A stretch of 64,000 nt of DNA from an uncultured Candidatus Saccharibacteria bacterium (GCA_965231055.1 OZ246411.1:345875-409874), one strand, 5' to 3'; shown: positions 47,701-56,231, numbered from the stretch's first letter. Translations and numbers: made by a program. The notes: generated by a model not told the origin, from the sequence alone.

Positions 47701-47903
47701 GTAGATTTTTCGGAGAAGGATATGGTATAATAAATATAACTGACAGCGAGACTGGTCAAGCTTTTATGGATAAAGCTAGGTTTATGGCATCGGGTTTTTC
47801 AAATATAATGGCGAGTGCGGTCAGGGTTACTGGCGTGGCAGGTCTTGCTTTTGTAGGCTTCTATGGAATTTTAAGATTATTTGATAAAAGAAAAATTTTC
47901 TAA
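44736..47903 (+). CDS. giant surface protein (1,055 aa), tandem paralog of 41559..44732
   Basis: Same architecture. DSDGDSMDDDWEYLHF and NSDTDGDGVTDEKE repeats. Shared ...KAEARLK/TK... block and RRFF...TM C-terminus. Confidence 0.7.
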   Translation: MNTNFRKIKILCTGCVILVGLFILLFSNNVNALPKNPDSGACTEDGAPINFDVAVRKSNNSGTPGSIRANIGALGGDPVDFGNSSVGSSDYTLKFSWSDDGTAKGYINGIEVGSGNFTADYSGTVKDLFFVYLGEGVAGISRSSDTRIFYKNIKVSVDGEEFVDTAFNTTDLSQSGASVQGGIFVGDYWHMSSSNTGRIKFSFPMGQSRRVSSGEVTLVFKFADDFDEYQATKTSFEPEIFNFGTLPWVSESECADMPENDNEPTEDPSEEPENNPEDPYDTETCFGVSEDEPPQIVGIPGIPFGWDSSKMKLVWFWDFETVKNWLEGYEERMQGKPSVEIAISPTDPADGDSVTVSLQAENFRTKAGGTGSSSNKTYSAVFISSENDSNHRDQFGDRYSGPVLYNTVSAGGVVPQMVIEGTPNLGDLCRDFTRIPEIDSDGDSMDDDWEYLHFAGTNKCGPLNDTYCGDSKDQVIQMVSPDADPDEDGAEATRFKNDDEKYATPISFMRKGIAGGGVKPETYIVGNANKDGLKDGSGDINDLTTPAFMNWQEYVAGTNPINSDTDGDGVTDEKEIYGEGFSTIEWMAKGEPHDEAKVNAIVIGISQRKDLAIVSKESKIYMGDGSSQGKLSVVLNSSLNPIVIGQPVDITATAQGSVSGDSSSVSFEWGLVFGTETFSICDTMADGDNPRCGLGKDTWMFNTNDFKDQLDEYFSAGNDYLEVYVEATDTISGKKAEARLKLYIGTESLLRVSGCYKDTLGLEAVECSCYVSNTIDPTETSCGLQGENLMIGTKGETFSDDELKDMLFEWSIDGDKISESSGSGYQDYRLADGTDKVMKRDSMIIPIMKNGGDSYEVELLVSRIDTGERVDGGKIYVGVGNPSIDLSVNGASIDHGEEVFNIGDTGTYTIDGQIYNIPLNSEYEYKFMIDNIVIGSGASVYDSVGKTESIDINSSYYSSGRHNIKMTVSGATSSEATSETEVAKRGAVRRFFGEGYGIINITDSETGQAFMDKARFMASGFSNIMASAVRVTGVAGLAFVGFYGILRLFDKRKIF

Positions 47904-47904
47904 A

Positions 47905-48330
47905 ATGAATACTAAAAACAATTTGAAAATTTCCTTACTATTACTGATTTTGATTGCTTCATTTTGTATTGCCAATGCTGTTTTTGCTACAGAAGCCGAT
48001 ACTGACAAAGTAAAAATGGGAGTTCCTGGTGGACCAGAGACTTATAGTGAAGAAAATGGATTGCAGAAATATGTAAGCGGAATTTTTACTTGGGCTATCG
48101 GTGTTGCTGGTGTGTGCGCTTTGATTATGGTTATTTTTGGTGGATATCAGTATATGGCCTCTGCTTCAAATCCTGAGCTCAAGAAAGTAGCAATAAATAC
48201 GATAACTCAGGCGCTCATAGGTCTCGCCATAGCTATTTGTACATTTGTTTTGCTTAAAACAATAGATCCCAGTATTTTGGGTTTGCAGCTAGAAATTCCT
48301 GAAGTAGGAGTTTCTGGCGATAGCCATTAA
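47905..48330 (+). CDS. VirB2/TrbC-like pilin candidate (signal peptide plus two hydrophobic helices)
   Basis: MNTKNNLKISLLLLILIASFCIANAVFA signal peptide. Then FTWAIGVAGVCALIMVIFGG-YQYMASASNPELKK-AINTITQALIGLAIAICTFVLL, the classic T4SS pilin topology. The listed ORF start 47881 overlaps the previous gene, so the ATG at 47905 is preferred. Confidence 0.45.
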   Translation: MNTKNNLKISLLLLILIASFCIANAVFATEADTDKVKMGVPGGPETYSEENGLQKYVSGIFTWAIGVAGVCALIMVIFGGYQYMASASNPELKKVAINTITQALIGLAIAICTFVLLKTIDPSILGLQLEIPEVGVSGDSH

Positions 48331-48334
48331 AAAA

Positions 48335-49705
48335 ATGAAAACAAAAAAAATACTCATTATTGTTGCTGTGATATTGGTCGTAGCTATTGCTGTGGTGTAT
48401 TTTGTATTTATTAGAAAAGATAGTAGTTCTGAAACAGCGAATAATTCAGGTGCCAATTCCAATCAGAATCTCTCATCAAATGAAAACAGCAGTAATGATG
48501 CCTCATTTTCTGAATTCCCATATTTAAGTCTTCCCGAGATTTCGAGAATAGTAAAAAGCGAGACTATCTCACCAGCGCTTTCTGATAGTGGGGAGGAAAT
48601 AATATATTTTGATACAAACAAAGGTGATTTTTACTCTGTCGGAATAGATGGAAATGGAAATAAAGCGGTTTCAGAAAAAAGTTTTACTAGCGTGAAAAAT
48701 GTTAATTTTTCATCAAAAGCAGATAAAGTAGCTATAACGTTTTCAGGTGAAAACGATGAGGACAAAGTGTATATTTATGACTTTTTTATTAAATCTCTTA
48801 ATAAGCTAAGTCCAAATATAAGTGGTGTAGCTTTTGCTCCAGATAGCGAGTCCATTGTTTATCAATACGCCGATAATCAAGCAAAAATATACAATATAAG
48901 CAAAGCTCTTTCCGATGGATCTTCTTTTCAGAAATTGAAAGATTTTTATTCCCCAGGGGCAAGTATAAGATGGGAAGAAAGCTTCGATAAAATTTTTATC
49001 ACGGATTTGCCTTCTAGTAATGCTCTGTCGAATCTTTATTCACTGACAACCAGTGGAGAACTCAACAAAATTATTGATTCTGTTTATGGTCTTCAGGTGG
49101 TATTTTCGCCAAATGGAGATGGTTTACTATATTCATCTCTTAGCGCAGATAAAAAAACACTTTCTTTATTCTATGCTGATGCGAAGGGTAGGATCAAATA
49201 CAATTTGCGTTTGGCTACTTTTGCCTCCAAATCAGCAATAAGCCCAGATGGTAAATATGCTTATGTGGCAGTTCCTGTTAACATCAAGAAGGGTTCAAAA
49301 ATAGAAATTTCTAAATACTCTGAGGGTAGTACTACTCTCACCAAAGATCAGATATGGAGAGTTGATCTTGGTACGGGAGAAAAAGTTATGATCTTAAATC
49401 CTGAAGAGTATAATTTTATTGTTGATGTGAGAAATCCTTTTCTATCTCACGATGGAAAAATGATGTTTTTCTGGGATAAAGGGGACAAGGGAATTTATGC
49501 AGTCAATCTTTCTAAGCTCGAATCAAAAGAGGGATTAGAAAAAACTAGCGCAAAAGATCCATCAGAGGATTCTGATTCGGATAATTCTGGAGAAGAAGAT
49601 GGTGATACTCAAAACAATACTACCGATGACGATGCTTCCAATGAGAGTAATGAAGAAGAACAGAAGACACCAGAGCAGAGACTTTTTGAAAAACTTGGTT
49701 TTTAA
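48335..49705 (+). CDS. membrane-anchored protein with TolB/PD40-like beta-propeller repeats and acidic C-terminal tail
   Basis: N-terminal TM ILIIVAVILVVAIAVVYFVFI. Recurring ...SPDG/SPNGD...Y motifs (FSPNGDGLLYSS, ISPDGKYAYVAV, LSHDGKMMFFWD). D/E/S-rich C-terminus. Confidence 0.45.
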   Translation: MKTKKILIIVAVILVVAIAVVYFVFIRKDSSSETANNSGANSNQNLSSNENSSNDASFSEFPYLSLPEISRIVKSETISPALSDSGEEIIYFDTNKGDFYSVGIDGNGNKAVSEKSFTSVKNVNFSSKADKVAITFSGENDEDKVYIYDFFIKSLNKLSPNISGVAFAPDSESIVYQYADNQAKIYNISKALSDGSSFQKLKDFYSPGASIRWEESFDKIFITDLPSSNALSNLYSLTTSGELNKIIDSVYGLQVVFSPNGDGLLYSSLSADKKTLSLFYADAKGRIKYNLRLATFASKSAISPDGKYAYVAVPVNIKKGSKIEISKYSEGSTTLTKDQIWRVDLGTGEKVMILNPEEYNFIVDVRNPFLSHDGKMMFFWDKGDKGIYAVNLSKLESKEGLEKTSAKDPSEDSDSDNSGEEDGDTQNNTTDDDASNESNEEEQKTPEQRLFEKLGF

Positions 49706-49784
49706 CATAAAAAAACTAAAAAATCCCTCCATTGTGGGGGATTTTATTTTGGGGTAATATTGATTAGTAAATTAAAACAATACA

Positions 49785-51152
49785 ATGGCAAAAATAAATA
49801 GTGTTTATAAATGTGAACAATGTGGTTTTGAGACCTCTAGGTGGGAGGGGAAGTGCGCCGAATGTGGTGAGTGGAATACACTCAAAAAATTTGAAACGGG
49901 AGTGGCTTTTGGAAGAGGGCGTGCTAATTCTGGCTTTTCAAACAAAGGCGCATCTTTTCAGACAATAAAAGATATCCAGTTTAAATCAATAAAAACCGAC
50001 AATTTTCAAAGACATATCTCTGGCATGGAAGAATTTGATAGGGTGCTTGGCGGGGGATTGGTGCCTGGAAGCGTCGTGCTTATTGCTGGTAGCCCCGGAA
50101 TAGGTAAATCGACTCTTATATTGCAGGCGATAGATAAACTAAATCTTCGCACTCTCTATGTTTCTGGTGAAGAGTCGGCAGAACAGATCAAAGGGCGTTC
50201 AGATAGACTAGGTCTCGGGCTTCAGAATATTAGTTTTGCGCCCTCGTGTAGCGTGGAGAGTTTGATAGGATATATGAGTTTGAAGAAAGTTGATTTGGTG
50301 GTTGTAGATTCTATTCAGACAATATGGGCAGATGAAAGCGAATCCCAGAGCGGAAGCCTGAGTCAGATCAAACTATCTGCGGCACGACTCATGGAGGCGG
50401 CTAAGTCATTTGGAGTTGCTGTGGTACTTGTGGGGCATGTCACCAAAGATGGAAACGTGGCGGGACCAAAAACTCTGGAGCACATTGTAGATGTAGTGAT
50501 TTATTTGGAGGGAGATAAATATCATGAATTCAGAATACTCAGAGCTTCCAAAAACAGATTTGGTTCCACCAATGAAATAGGAGTTTTTGATATGACCGAA
50601 AAAGGATTTGAAGAAGTCAAAAATCCGTCAAAAAGCTTTTTGGAGGAAAGAGCTTTTAATGCTTATGGTTCTGTGGTGACAGCTACTATTGAGGGCACTA
50701 GGCCAATTCTTTTGGAAGTGCAGGGGCTCACTTCACTTTCCCCATTTGGTTATCCCAAAAGAACTGCCGTGGGGCTGGATATAAATAGAGTGTCCATGCT
50801 TTCTGCCGTGCTTTCACGAAGTGCTGGGGTCAATCTTTCAAATCAGGATGTGTATGTAAATGTAGTAGGTGGATTTAGGGTGGCTGAACCTGCGACTGAT
50901 CTCGCGGTGTGTATTAGTATCGCATCTTCATTTTTCAAAAAACCCATCAATTCATCTGTTGTGGCTTTTGGTGAAGTAGGGCTCTCCGGAGAAGTGAGAA
51001 GAGTGGCAAGAGCCGTAGAAAGAGTCAAAGAAGCCAAAAAACTAGGGTTTAAACAGATTATTTGTAGAGACAAGATAGATGTAGCTGGAATAAAAACGAT
51101 GCAAGTGGAATCGCTAAAGGATGCACTTAAAAAACTCGGTATAAAAAGATAG
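49785..51152 (+). CDS. radA: DNA repair protein RadA/Sms
   Basis: N-terminal C4 zinc finger YKCEQCGFETSRWEGKCAECGEW. RecA-like Walker A GSPGIGKSTL. KNRFG motif. Lon-protease-like C-terminus. Confidence 0.9.
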   Translation: MAKINSVYKCEQCGFETSRWEGKCAECGEWNTLKKFETGVAFGRGRANSGFSNKGASFQTIKDIQFKSIKTDNFQRHISGMEEFDRVLGGGLVPGSVVLIAGSPGIGKSTLILQAIDKLNLRTLYVSGEESAEQIKGRSDRLGLGLQNISFAPSCSVESLIGYMSLKKVDLVVVDSIQTIWADESESQSGSLSQIKLSAARLMEAAKSFGVAVVLVGHVTKDGNVAGPKTLEHIVDVVIYLEGDKYHEFRILRASKNRFGSTNEIGVFDMTEKGFEEVKNPSKSFLEERAFNAYGSVVTATIEGTRPILLEVQGLTSLSPFGYPKRTAVGLDINRVSMLSAVLSRSAGVNLSNQDVYVNVVGGFRVAEPATDLAVCISIASSFFKKPINSSVVAFGEVGLSGEVRRVARAVERVKEAKKLGFKQIICRDKIDVAGIKTMQVESLKDALKKLGIKR

Positions 51153-51155
51153 TTT

Positions 51156-51731
51156 ATGCGTTTAGCTTCGAATGTTTTTCAAAAACCCACTTTGAAAGTA
51201 GCCGAAAAACTTCTCGGCTGTATTTTAGTGAGAAAAGTGGGCGGTAAGTTATTGAAAGGAATAATAATAGAGACGGAGGCGTATATAGGGAAAAATGATC
51301 CTGCGTGCCATGCGTCTCGAGGCAAAACCAAGCGTAATCAAGTTATGTTTGAAAAAGGAGGAGTGGCCTACGTGTATTTTACTTACGGGATGTATCACTG
51401 TCTAAATATAGTTACTGAACAAAAAGATTTCCCCTCTGCGGTTTTGATTAGGGCAATTCGTCCTATTTTAAATATCGATGAAATGAAAAAGAACAGGAAA
51501 AAATTTGGAGGTAGGGAAGTGAGAGATAACGAAATTGCCAATGGCCCTGGAAAATTATGCGTGGCTATGAATATAGATCTAGGTTTGAATGAAGAAGATG
51601 TAGTGAAAAGTGAAAAGCTATGGATAGAGAAAAATCCAAACATAAAAAACAAAGCTCTCAAAATAAAAAAGACCCCTCGTATAGGGATCAGCAAGGGGAA
51701 AAGCAGATTGTGGCGATTTATTTTGGAATAA
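51156..51731 (+). CDS. mpg: DNA-3-methyladenine glycosylase (Mpg/AAG family)
   Basis: KLLGCILVRK...GIIIETEAYIGKNDPACHASRGKT...GVAYVYFTYGMYHCLNIV matches the MPG-family core. Confidence 0.8.
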   Translation: MRLASNVFQKPTLKVAEKLLGCILVRKVGGKLLKGIIIETEAYIGKNDPACHASRGKTKRNQVMFEKGGVAYVYFTYGMYHCLNIVTEQKDFPSAVLIRAIRPILNIDEMKKNRKKFGGREVRDNEIANGPGKLCVAMNIDLGLNEEDVVKSEKLWIEKNPNIKNKALKIKKTPRIGISKGKSRLWRFILE

Positions 51732-51824
51732 AAAAAGCACCACCTTTAGACAAAATAGTTTGGACAATGAGAAGTGTCCATCCTTTTTGTTTTATGGTGG
51801 TGCGATGCGAGGATGAAAATGATC

Positions 51825-52148
51825 CTATTTTCCAAAGACACCTTTTTTGAAGGCGTCAAATTTTTCCTTTTCTGCCGGATTTGATGGGGAAAGTGACTGG
51901 ATATTCATGTAAACTTGATGCAGTTGGGACATCGCCGATACTTCGCAGAGTACCAGTGTAATTTCTCTGTTTCCATCAGATACCGTTTCGATGAGTCCAT
52001 CGGCGCCCTTTTTTATCGTGAACACTCTTCCGAGAAGTAAACCATAAGTCAATGGCTCCCCCTTTGTAGTTGTAACGAATCTGCTGGGGGATGATCGCAC
52101 CGCACTGTCACTCAACTTCGCAAGCACAACATCTGAAATCTCTTTCAT
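51825..52148 (-). CDS. hypothetical small protein (107 aa)
   Basis: AAGGAG 8 nt upstream of the ATG. Noticeably higher GC than the surroundings. No recognised motif. Confidence 0.5.
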   Translation of the reverse strand: MKEISDVVLAKLSDSAVRSSPSRFVTTTKGEPLTYGLLLGRVFTIKKGADGLIETVSDGNREITLVLCEVSAMSQLHQVYMNIQSLSPSNPAEKEKFDAFKKGVFGK

Positions 52149-52320
52149 CTCTCGTCTCCTTGTTATGAAAATGAACGAAAAATCGTCGTTTTGACGATTA
52201 ACTGCCCATATTCTACAAGAAAGGTTGCATTTGTCAAGCGTTTTGTGGATAAGAAAAAACTCGGCGTGAGTCTTTTGGAGACATATTCGCCGAGTTCGGA
52301 TTTGCTCTTCTTGGGTGATG

Positions 52321-52650
52321 CTAGATTGTTAGGAGGAAAAAATCCTCTGTTTTCTGGTTTATTTCATCTGTCGGAATGAGGAGTGAGACGGGGACACGGA
52401 AACTGGTTCTTTTTTCACCCCGTATCTGTACCTCACCGGTTTTGGTGCCATCTTCGCTTCGCAGGGTTCCCGGTACTGGTACCAAGTCGAGTCCCATGAG
52501 TGTAAAAATTTGGGTTCTTCCATCGGGCTGTTCCAGTTTGAATCTTCGGATTTCGAGATTCATTCCCTCTTTGGTTCTTTCGACTGCTCTCTGGTCAATA
52601 TTCAGGATTATAGTTTCTTTTCTTGTTCGTAGCATAACGGATTGAAGCAT
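52321..52650 (-). CDS. hypothetical small protein (109 aa)
   Basis: GGAGG 6 nt upstream of the ATG. Own hairpin plus T5 terminator (aatcgtc...gacgatt at about 52180-52205, minus sense). Higher local GC. Confidence 0.5.
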   Translation of the reverse strand: MLQSVMLRTRKETIILNIDQRAVERTKEGMNLEIRRFKLEQPDGRTQIFTLMGLDLVPVPGTLRSEDGTKTGEVQIRGEKRTSFRVPVSLLIPTDEINQKTEDFFLLTI

Positions 52651-52730
52651 AGATTACCTCCAAAAAAAGGTTAAAGAACAAAAAACGTCCGTTTGGACAG
52701 TGATATTTATATCGTATTTCTATGTTTTAG

Positions 52731-54737
52731 TCAATATCCCTGTTCTTCTATGAGCTTGGTGGCTTCGTTGCGGACTTTTTTGATAAAATCTAGATCCAAA
52801 AGGGATGCGAACCTTAGATCTATAAAACCATGTTGTTCTACGCCAAAAATCTCTCCAGGACCCCTAAGGGATAAGTCTAAATTGGCTAATTTGAACCCAT
52901 CATTAGTTGATACAAAAGATTTGAGTCGCTTTTTTGTGTTATCCGAATCGCTATCCGTAAACAGCAGGCAGTAGGACTGTTTATCTGATCTTCCCACTCT
53001 TCCTCTGAATTGATGTAGCTGAGCTAGTCCAAATCTTTCAGCGCCCTCTATCATCATCACTGTTGCTCGTGGGATATCTACACCTACCTCTACGACCGCA
53101 GTTGTGACTAAAATATCTATTGAAGGCTCGGAATCTAATCTAAATAAATTTATGATTCTGTCCTTTTCTTGTTTTTCCATTTTCCCATGGAGTAGTCCTA
53201 TTTGAAGTTCTGGAAATACTAGCTCTTTTAGTTTTTTATATTCTTCTGTTGCTGATTTCACTCCGAGTTTATCTGATTCTTCTATTATAGGACACACCAC
53301 AAATACTTTTCCGCCCTTTGAAATTTCTTTTTTGATAAAGTTATATGCATCTCTTCTTTTTGTTGATTGAACAAAATAAGTTTTCACTGGCTTTCTGTCT
53401 TTGGGGAGCTCATCTAGTATAGAAATATCTAGATCTCCATAAAGCGCTAGGGTGAGGGTGCGGGGGATAGGAGTTGCGGTCATAGATAAAACATGGGGGA
53501 TAGTTTCTGGGGTTTTATCTCTTAGTACTTTTCTTTGCTCCACTCCAAATCTGTGCTGTTCATCTATTATAACTAGCGCCAAGTCACTAAACTCCAGTGA
53601 TTTTTGTATGAGAGCGTGAGTACCTATAATGATTTTTATGTCTCCATTTTGTATGGCCTTTTTTATATCTTTGAAGTTTGAATTAGTCGATTTTATTTCA
53701 TCGGAAGTGATAAGTGCTATATTTATTTTTTGTTGATCAAGGAGTTTTGATAAAGTATCGAAGTGTTGCTTGGCAAGAATTTCTGTGGGTGCCATTAGTG
53801 CTGATTGAAAACCTGATTTGGCACACATGAGCATTGCTGATATAGCGACTATGGTTTTCCCCGAGCCCACATCTCCATTTAGTAATCTGTTCATTGGAGT
53901 TTTTTGTGAGATATCTTTTAGTATTTCATTTGTAGCTTTTTTTTGAGCATCAGTAAGTTCAAATGGAAGAGAGTCAAGCAAGCTTTTTAGTAAGGATTTT
54001 TCTGATTTGATTGGGTGGGATTTGAATTTAGATAGATTGAGTTTTCGTTTGAGCTGTTCTATTTGAAGAGGGAGTAATTCTTCAAATGCGAGTCTTTCTC
54101 TGGCTTTTATGAAATTGTTTTTTGATGTAGGAAAATGTATTTCTCGTATAGCACTATCGAGATTGAGAAGTTTATTTCTTTTGAGCGTATCTTCACCAAG
54201 GGTCTCTTTAACCGCACCGCACTGGTCAATGACGGTTTTGATATAAAAACGAAGCATTCTGGGCGTGATGCCTTCGGTTGCTGGATATATTGGTACTATC
54301 CTTCCGATATGAGTCTGATCTTTTTTTATGGGTTCAAAGGTGGGGGACTGGAGTTGCAATCCCATGCGTCCTAGCTTTACTTTTCCGTTGAACAAATAAA
54401 TATTTCCTATCTTAAGAGTTTTGCTCAAATAAGGTTGATTGAACCAGATTACAGGGATACTTCCGGTTTTGTCTCCTATTAACGCTTCGGTGATGGCCAT
54501 GCGTCTTCTTCTGAAGCTTTTTCTGGTCTCTATTGATTGTACCGTCGCTTCAAATGTGCACTCTTCGCCTTCTTTGGATGTTGCTATCGGCTTTATCTCG
54601 GACAAGTTTTTGTAAGTTCTTGGAAAATAAAACAAAAGATCTTGGAATGTTTTTATCCCAAGTTTACTAAGTTTCGTCTCTGTTTTATCTCCAACCCCTG
54701 GAAGGAGGGACACCTTTTTTGAAAGCATTTGATTCAT
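52731..54737 (-). CDS. recG: ATP-dependent DNA helicase RecG
   Basis: Wedge/OB N-terminal domain. Helicase motifs LLNGDVGSGKT, VIIDEQHRFGV, SMTATPIPRT, QLHQFRGRVGR. Confidence 0.9.
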   Translation of the reverse strand: MNQMLSKKVSLLPGVGDKTETKLSKLGIKTFQDLLFYFPRTYKNLSEIKPIATSKEGEECTFEATVQSIETRKSFRRRRMAITEALIGDKTGSIPVIWFNQPYLSKTLKIGNIYLFNGKVKLGRMGLQLQSPTFEPIKKDQTHIGRIVPIYPATEGITPRMLRFYIKTVIDQCGAVKETLGEDTLKRNKLLNLDSAIREIHFPTSKNNFIKARERLAFEELLPLQIEQLKRKLNLSKFKSHPIKSEKSLLKSLLDSLPFELTDAQKKATNEILKDISQKTPMNRLLNGDVGSGKTIVAISAMLMCAKSGFQSALMAPTEILAKQHFDTLSKLLDQQKINIALITSDEIKSTNSNFKDIKKAIQNGDIKIIIGTHALIQKSLEFSDLALVIIDEQHRFGVEQRKVLRDKTPETIPHVLSMTATPIPRTLTLALYGDLDISILDELPKDRKPVKTYFVQSTKRRDAYNFIKKEISKGGKVFVVCPIIEESDKLGVKSATEEYKKLKELVFPELQIGLLHGKMEKQEKDRIINLFRLDSEPSIDILVTTAVVEVGVDIPRATVMMIEGAERFGLAQLHQFRGRVGRSDKQSYCLLFTDSDSDNTKKRLKSFVSTNDGFKLANLDLSLRGPGEIFGVEQHGFIDLRFASLLDLDFIKKVRNEATKLIEEQGY

Positions 54738-54805
54738 ATATGTTTATTATATCATTAAAAAATAAAAATACCCTCCTTTGCTGGAGGGTATTGAAATTTG
54801 GTTTT

Positions 54806-55477
54806 TTAGAATCCTATTCTTCTAGATAATGCTTCTGCTAGTCCATCGGCCAATTTTTCGCTTTCTGGGATTTCTTTGATGAGCATGCGACGTAGTTCTA
54901 CTGGATCCTGATCTGTGAGTTGAATGGTTATTTTTTGGGCGATTAATCTATGTACTTGAATGTGAATTGCTGTGTTGTGTGGTGGATCGTAGTCTATCCA
55001 GAATGCATCTATGTCGTCGTAAGAATAAAAATTGTTGCCATGTATTAATCCATCCAAGGTGACTGCAAAATAAGTTTCTTCTGGCTTTCTTTGCGCATAC
55101 ATATATATGACTATGAAAAGTATTACAAATGTTATTACTGTGATAAAACTTTTAGTCCAAATCCCAAAAGTTACAAGTCCGGCAAAAACAAGCGCCGTAA
55201 TTAGGTACCACATCTTTGTTTTTTCAAAATACACAAACTCAGGAGACGTCCATTCCATCAAGATCCTGTTTTGTTGCTCTTCTGTTTCATCTGTTGCATC
55301 CTCGCCAAAATCATTTGAGCTAGTTTCTGGCATGCTTCTCTTTTCTTCTATTTCATCTTCTATTTCTTGGATTCTGGATTTGTATCTGAATTTAAAGCCG
55401 TCTTTATCGTCATTACGATCTCTGCGCAAATTACCTTTATGTTCTACGTGTTTGCGATTTATTCCGTCTATAGCCAT
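54806..55477 (-). CDS. hypothetical membrane protein (two TM helices, C-terminal soluble domain)
   Basis: 223-aa ORF. Hydrophobic stretch WYLITALVFAGLVTFGIWTKSFITVITFVILFIVIYMY. Confidence 0.55.
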   Translation of the reverse strand: MAIDGINRKHVEHKGNLRRDRNDDKDGFKFRYKSRIQEIEDEIEEKRSMPETSSNDFGEDATDETEEQQNRILMEWTSPEFVYFEKTKMWYLITALVFAGLVTFGIWTKSFITVITFVILFIVIYMYAQRKPEETYFAVTLDGLIHGNNFYSYDDIDAFWIDYDPPHNTAIHIQVHRLIAQKITIQLTDQDPVELRRMLIKEIPESEKLADGLAEALSRRIGF

Positions 55478-55557
55478 TTTTTTGTTTTGAAGAATTTAAC
55501 AAGGTTATTATACCAGAAAGCATTGATTAGCAAAAGACAATAAAAAACCGCTATTTA

Positions 55558-55731
55558 GCGGTTTGGTTTTTTTCGGATTTTCTTGTTCTTATTAGATAAA
55601 AAATGCTTGCTACACATAATATCAAGCCGATCAATTGACAGCCGGGACTATCGTCACTCTCACCGAAAATAAATAAAAATACTCCGAGGAGTATTCCGAT
55701 TATGCAAAAAATCAATTTAATTTTTGGCATT
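55558..55731 (-). CDS. possible small membrane protein (57 aa), not in the ORF track
   Basis: Minus-strand ATG...TAG read directly (MPKIKLIFCIIGILLGVFLFIFGESDDSPGCQLIGLILCVASIFYLIRTRKSEKNQTAK). The stop lies in an accgctaaatagcggt hairpin followed by a T-run. No clear SD. Confidence 0.3.
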
Positions 55732-55918
55732 TAATTTTGTTATAATTCTAGCTTACGTTTTTAGTTTCCACCTCGCTTCGCTTAGTAAGCTATGCTTTGT
55801 ATGCATAGCGTGTAACACAGTAACGTAGTGAAGACGTGTCGGAAAGATTGTTTACCATTAGGCGCAGGTCGGAATTTGTGTGTGCAAATAAGTTAGAATC
55901 TTTTTGGAAACATAATCA

Positions 55919-56012
55919 TGGCGGAGAGGCAGGGATTCGAACCCTGGAACCCGGCATACACCGAGTTAACGGTTTAGCAAACCGCTGCCTTCAGCCGCTC
56001 GGCCACCTCTCC
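55919..56012 (-). tRNA. tRNA-Ser (anticodon GCT), long variable arm
   Basis: Manual fold: GGAGAGG...CCTCTCC acceptor, anticodon loop TTGCTAA, long extra arm, T-loop TTCGAAT, CCA encoded. Confidence 0.75.
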
Positions 56013-56140
56013 ATGTTATAATTATTCAGCTTGCTTGCGCAAGCAAGTTTTCAATAATCAGCGTTCAGTCTATTCCTAAAACCTAACACCTAATCCTTCC
56101 AATCCCTCTAGTTCCACTAATTCATCTAAAACCTAGTCAG

Positions 56141-56217
56141 TGGCGTCCCAGGCAGGGGTCGAACCTGCGACCTCAAGCTCCGCAAGCTTGCGCTCTATCC
56201 AGCTGAGCTACTGGGAC
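56141..56217 (-). tRNA. tRNA-Arg (anticodon GCG by manual reading)
   Basis: Manual fold: GTCCCAG...CTGGGAC acceptor, anticodon stem CAAGC/GCTTG, loop TTGCGGA, T-loop TTCGACC, CCA encoded. Confidence 0.7.
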
Positions 56218-56231
56218 ATGCTCTAGCCAAT

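Noticed and set aside
51395-51850. Antisense ORF 51395..51694 and plus ORF 51620..51850
   Set aside because: Embedded in or overlapping the mpg gene and its terminator region. Low-complexity translations.
55836-56021. 61-aa plus-strand ORF
   Set aside because: It lies entirely antisense to the tRNA-Ser gene (55919..56012), so it is an artefact of the tRNA sequence.
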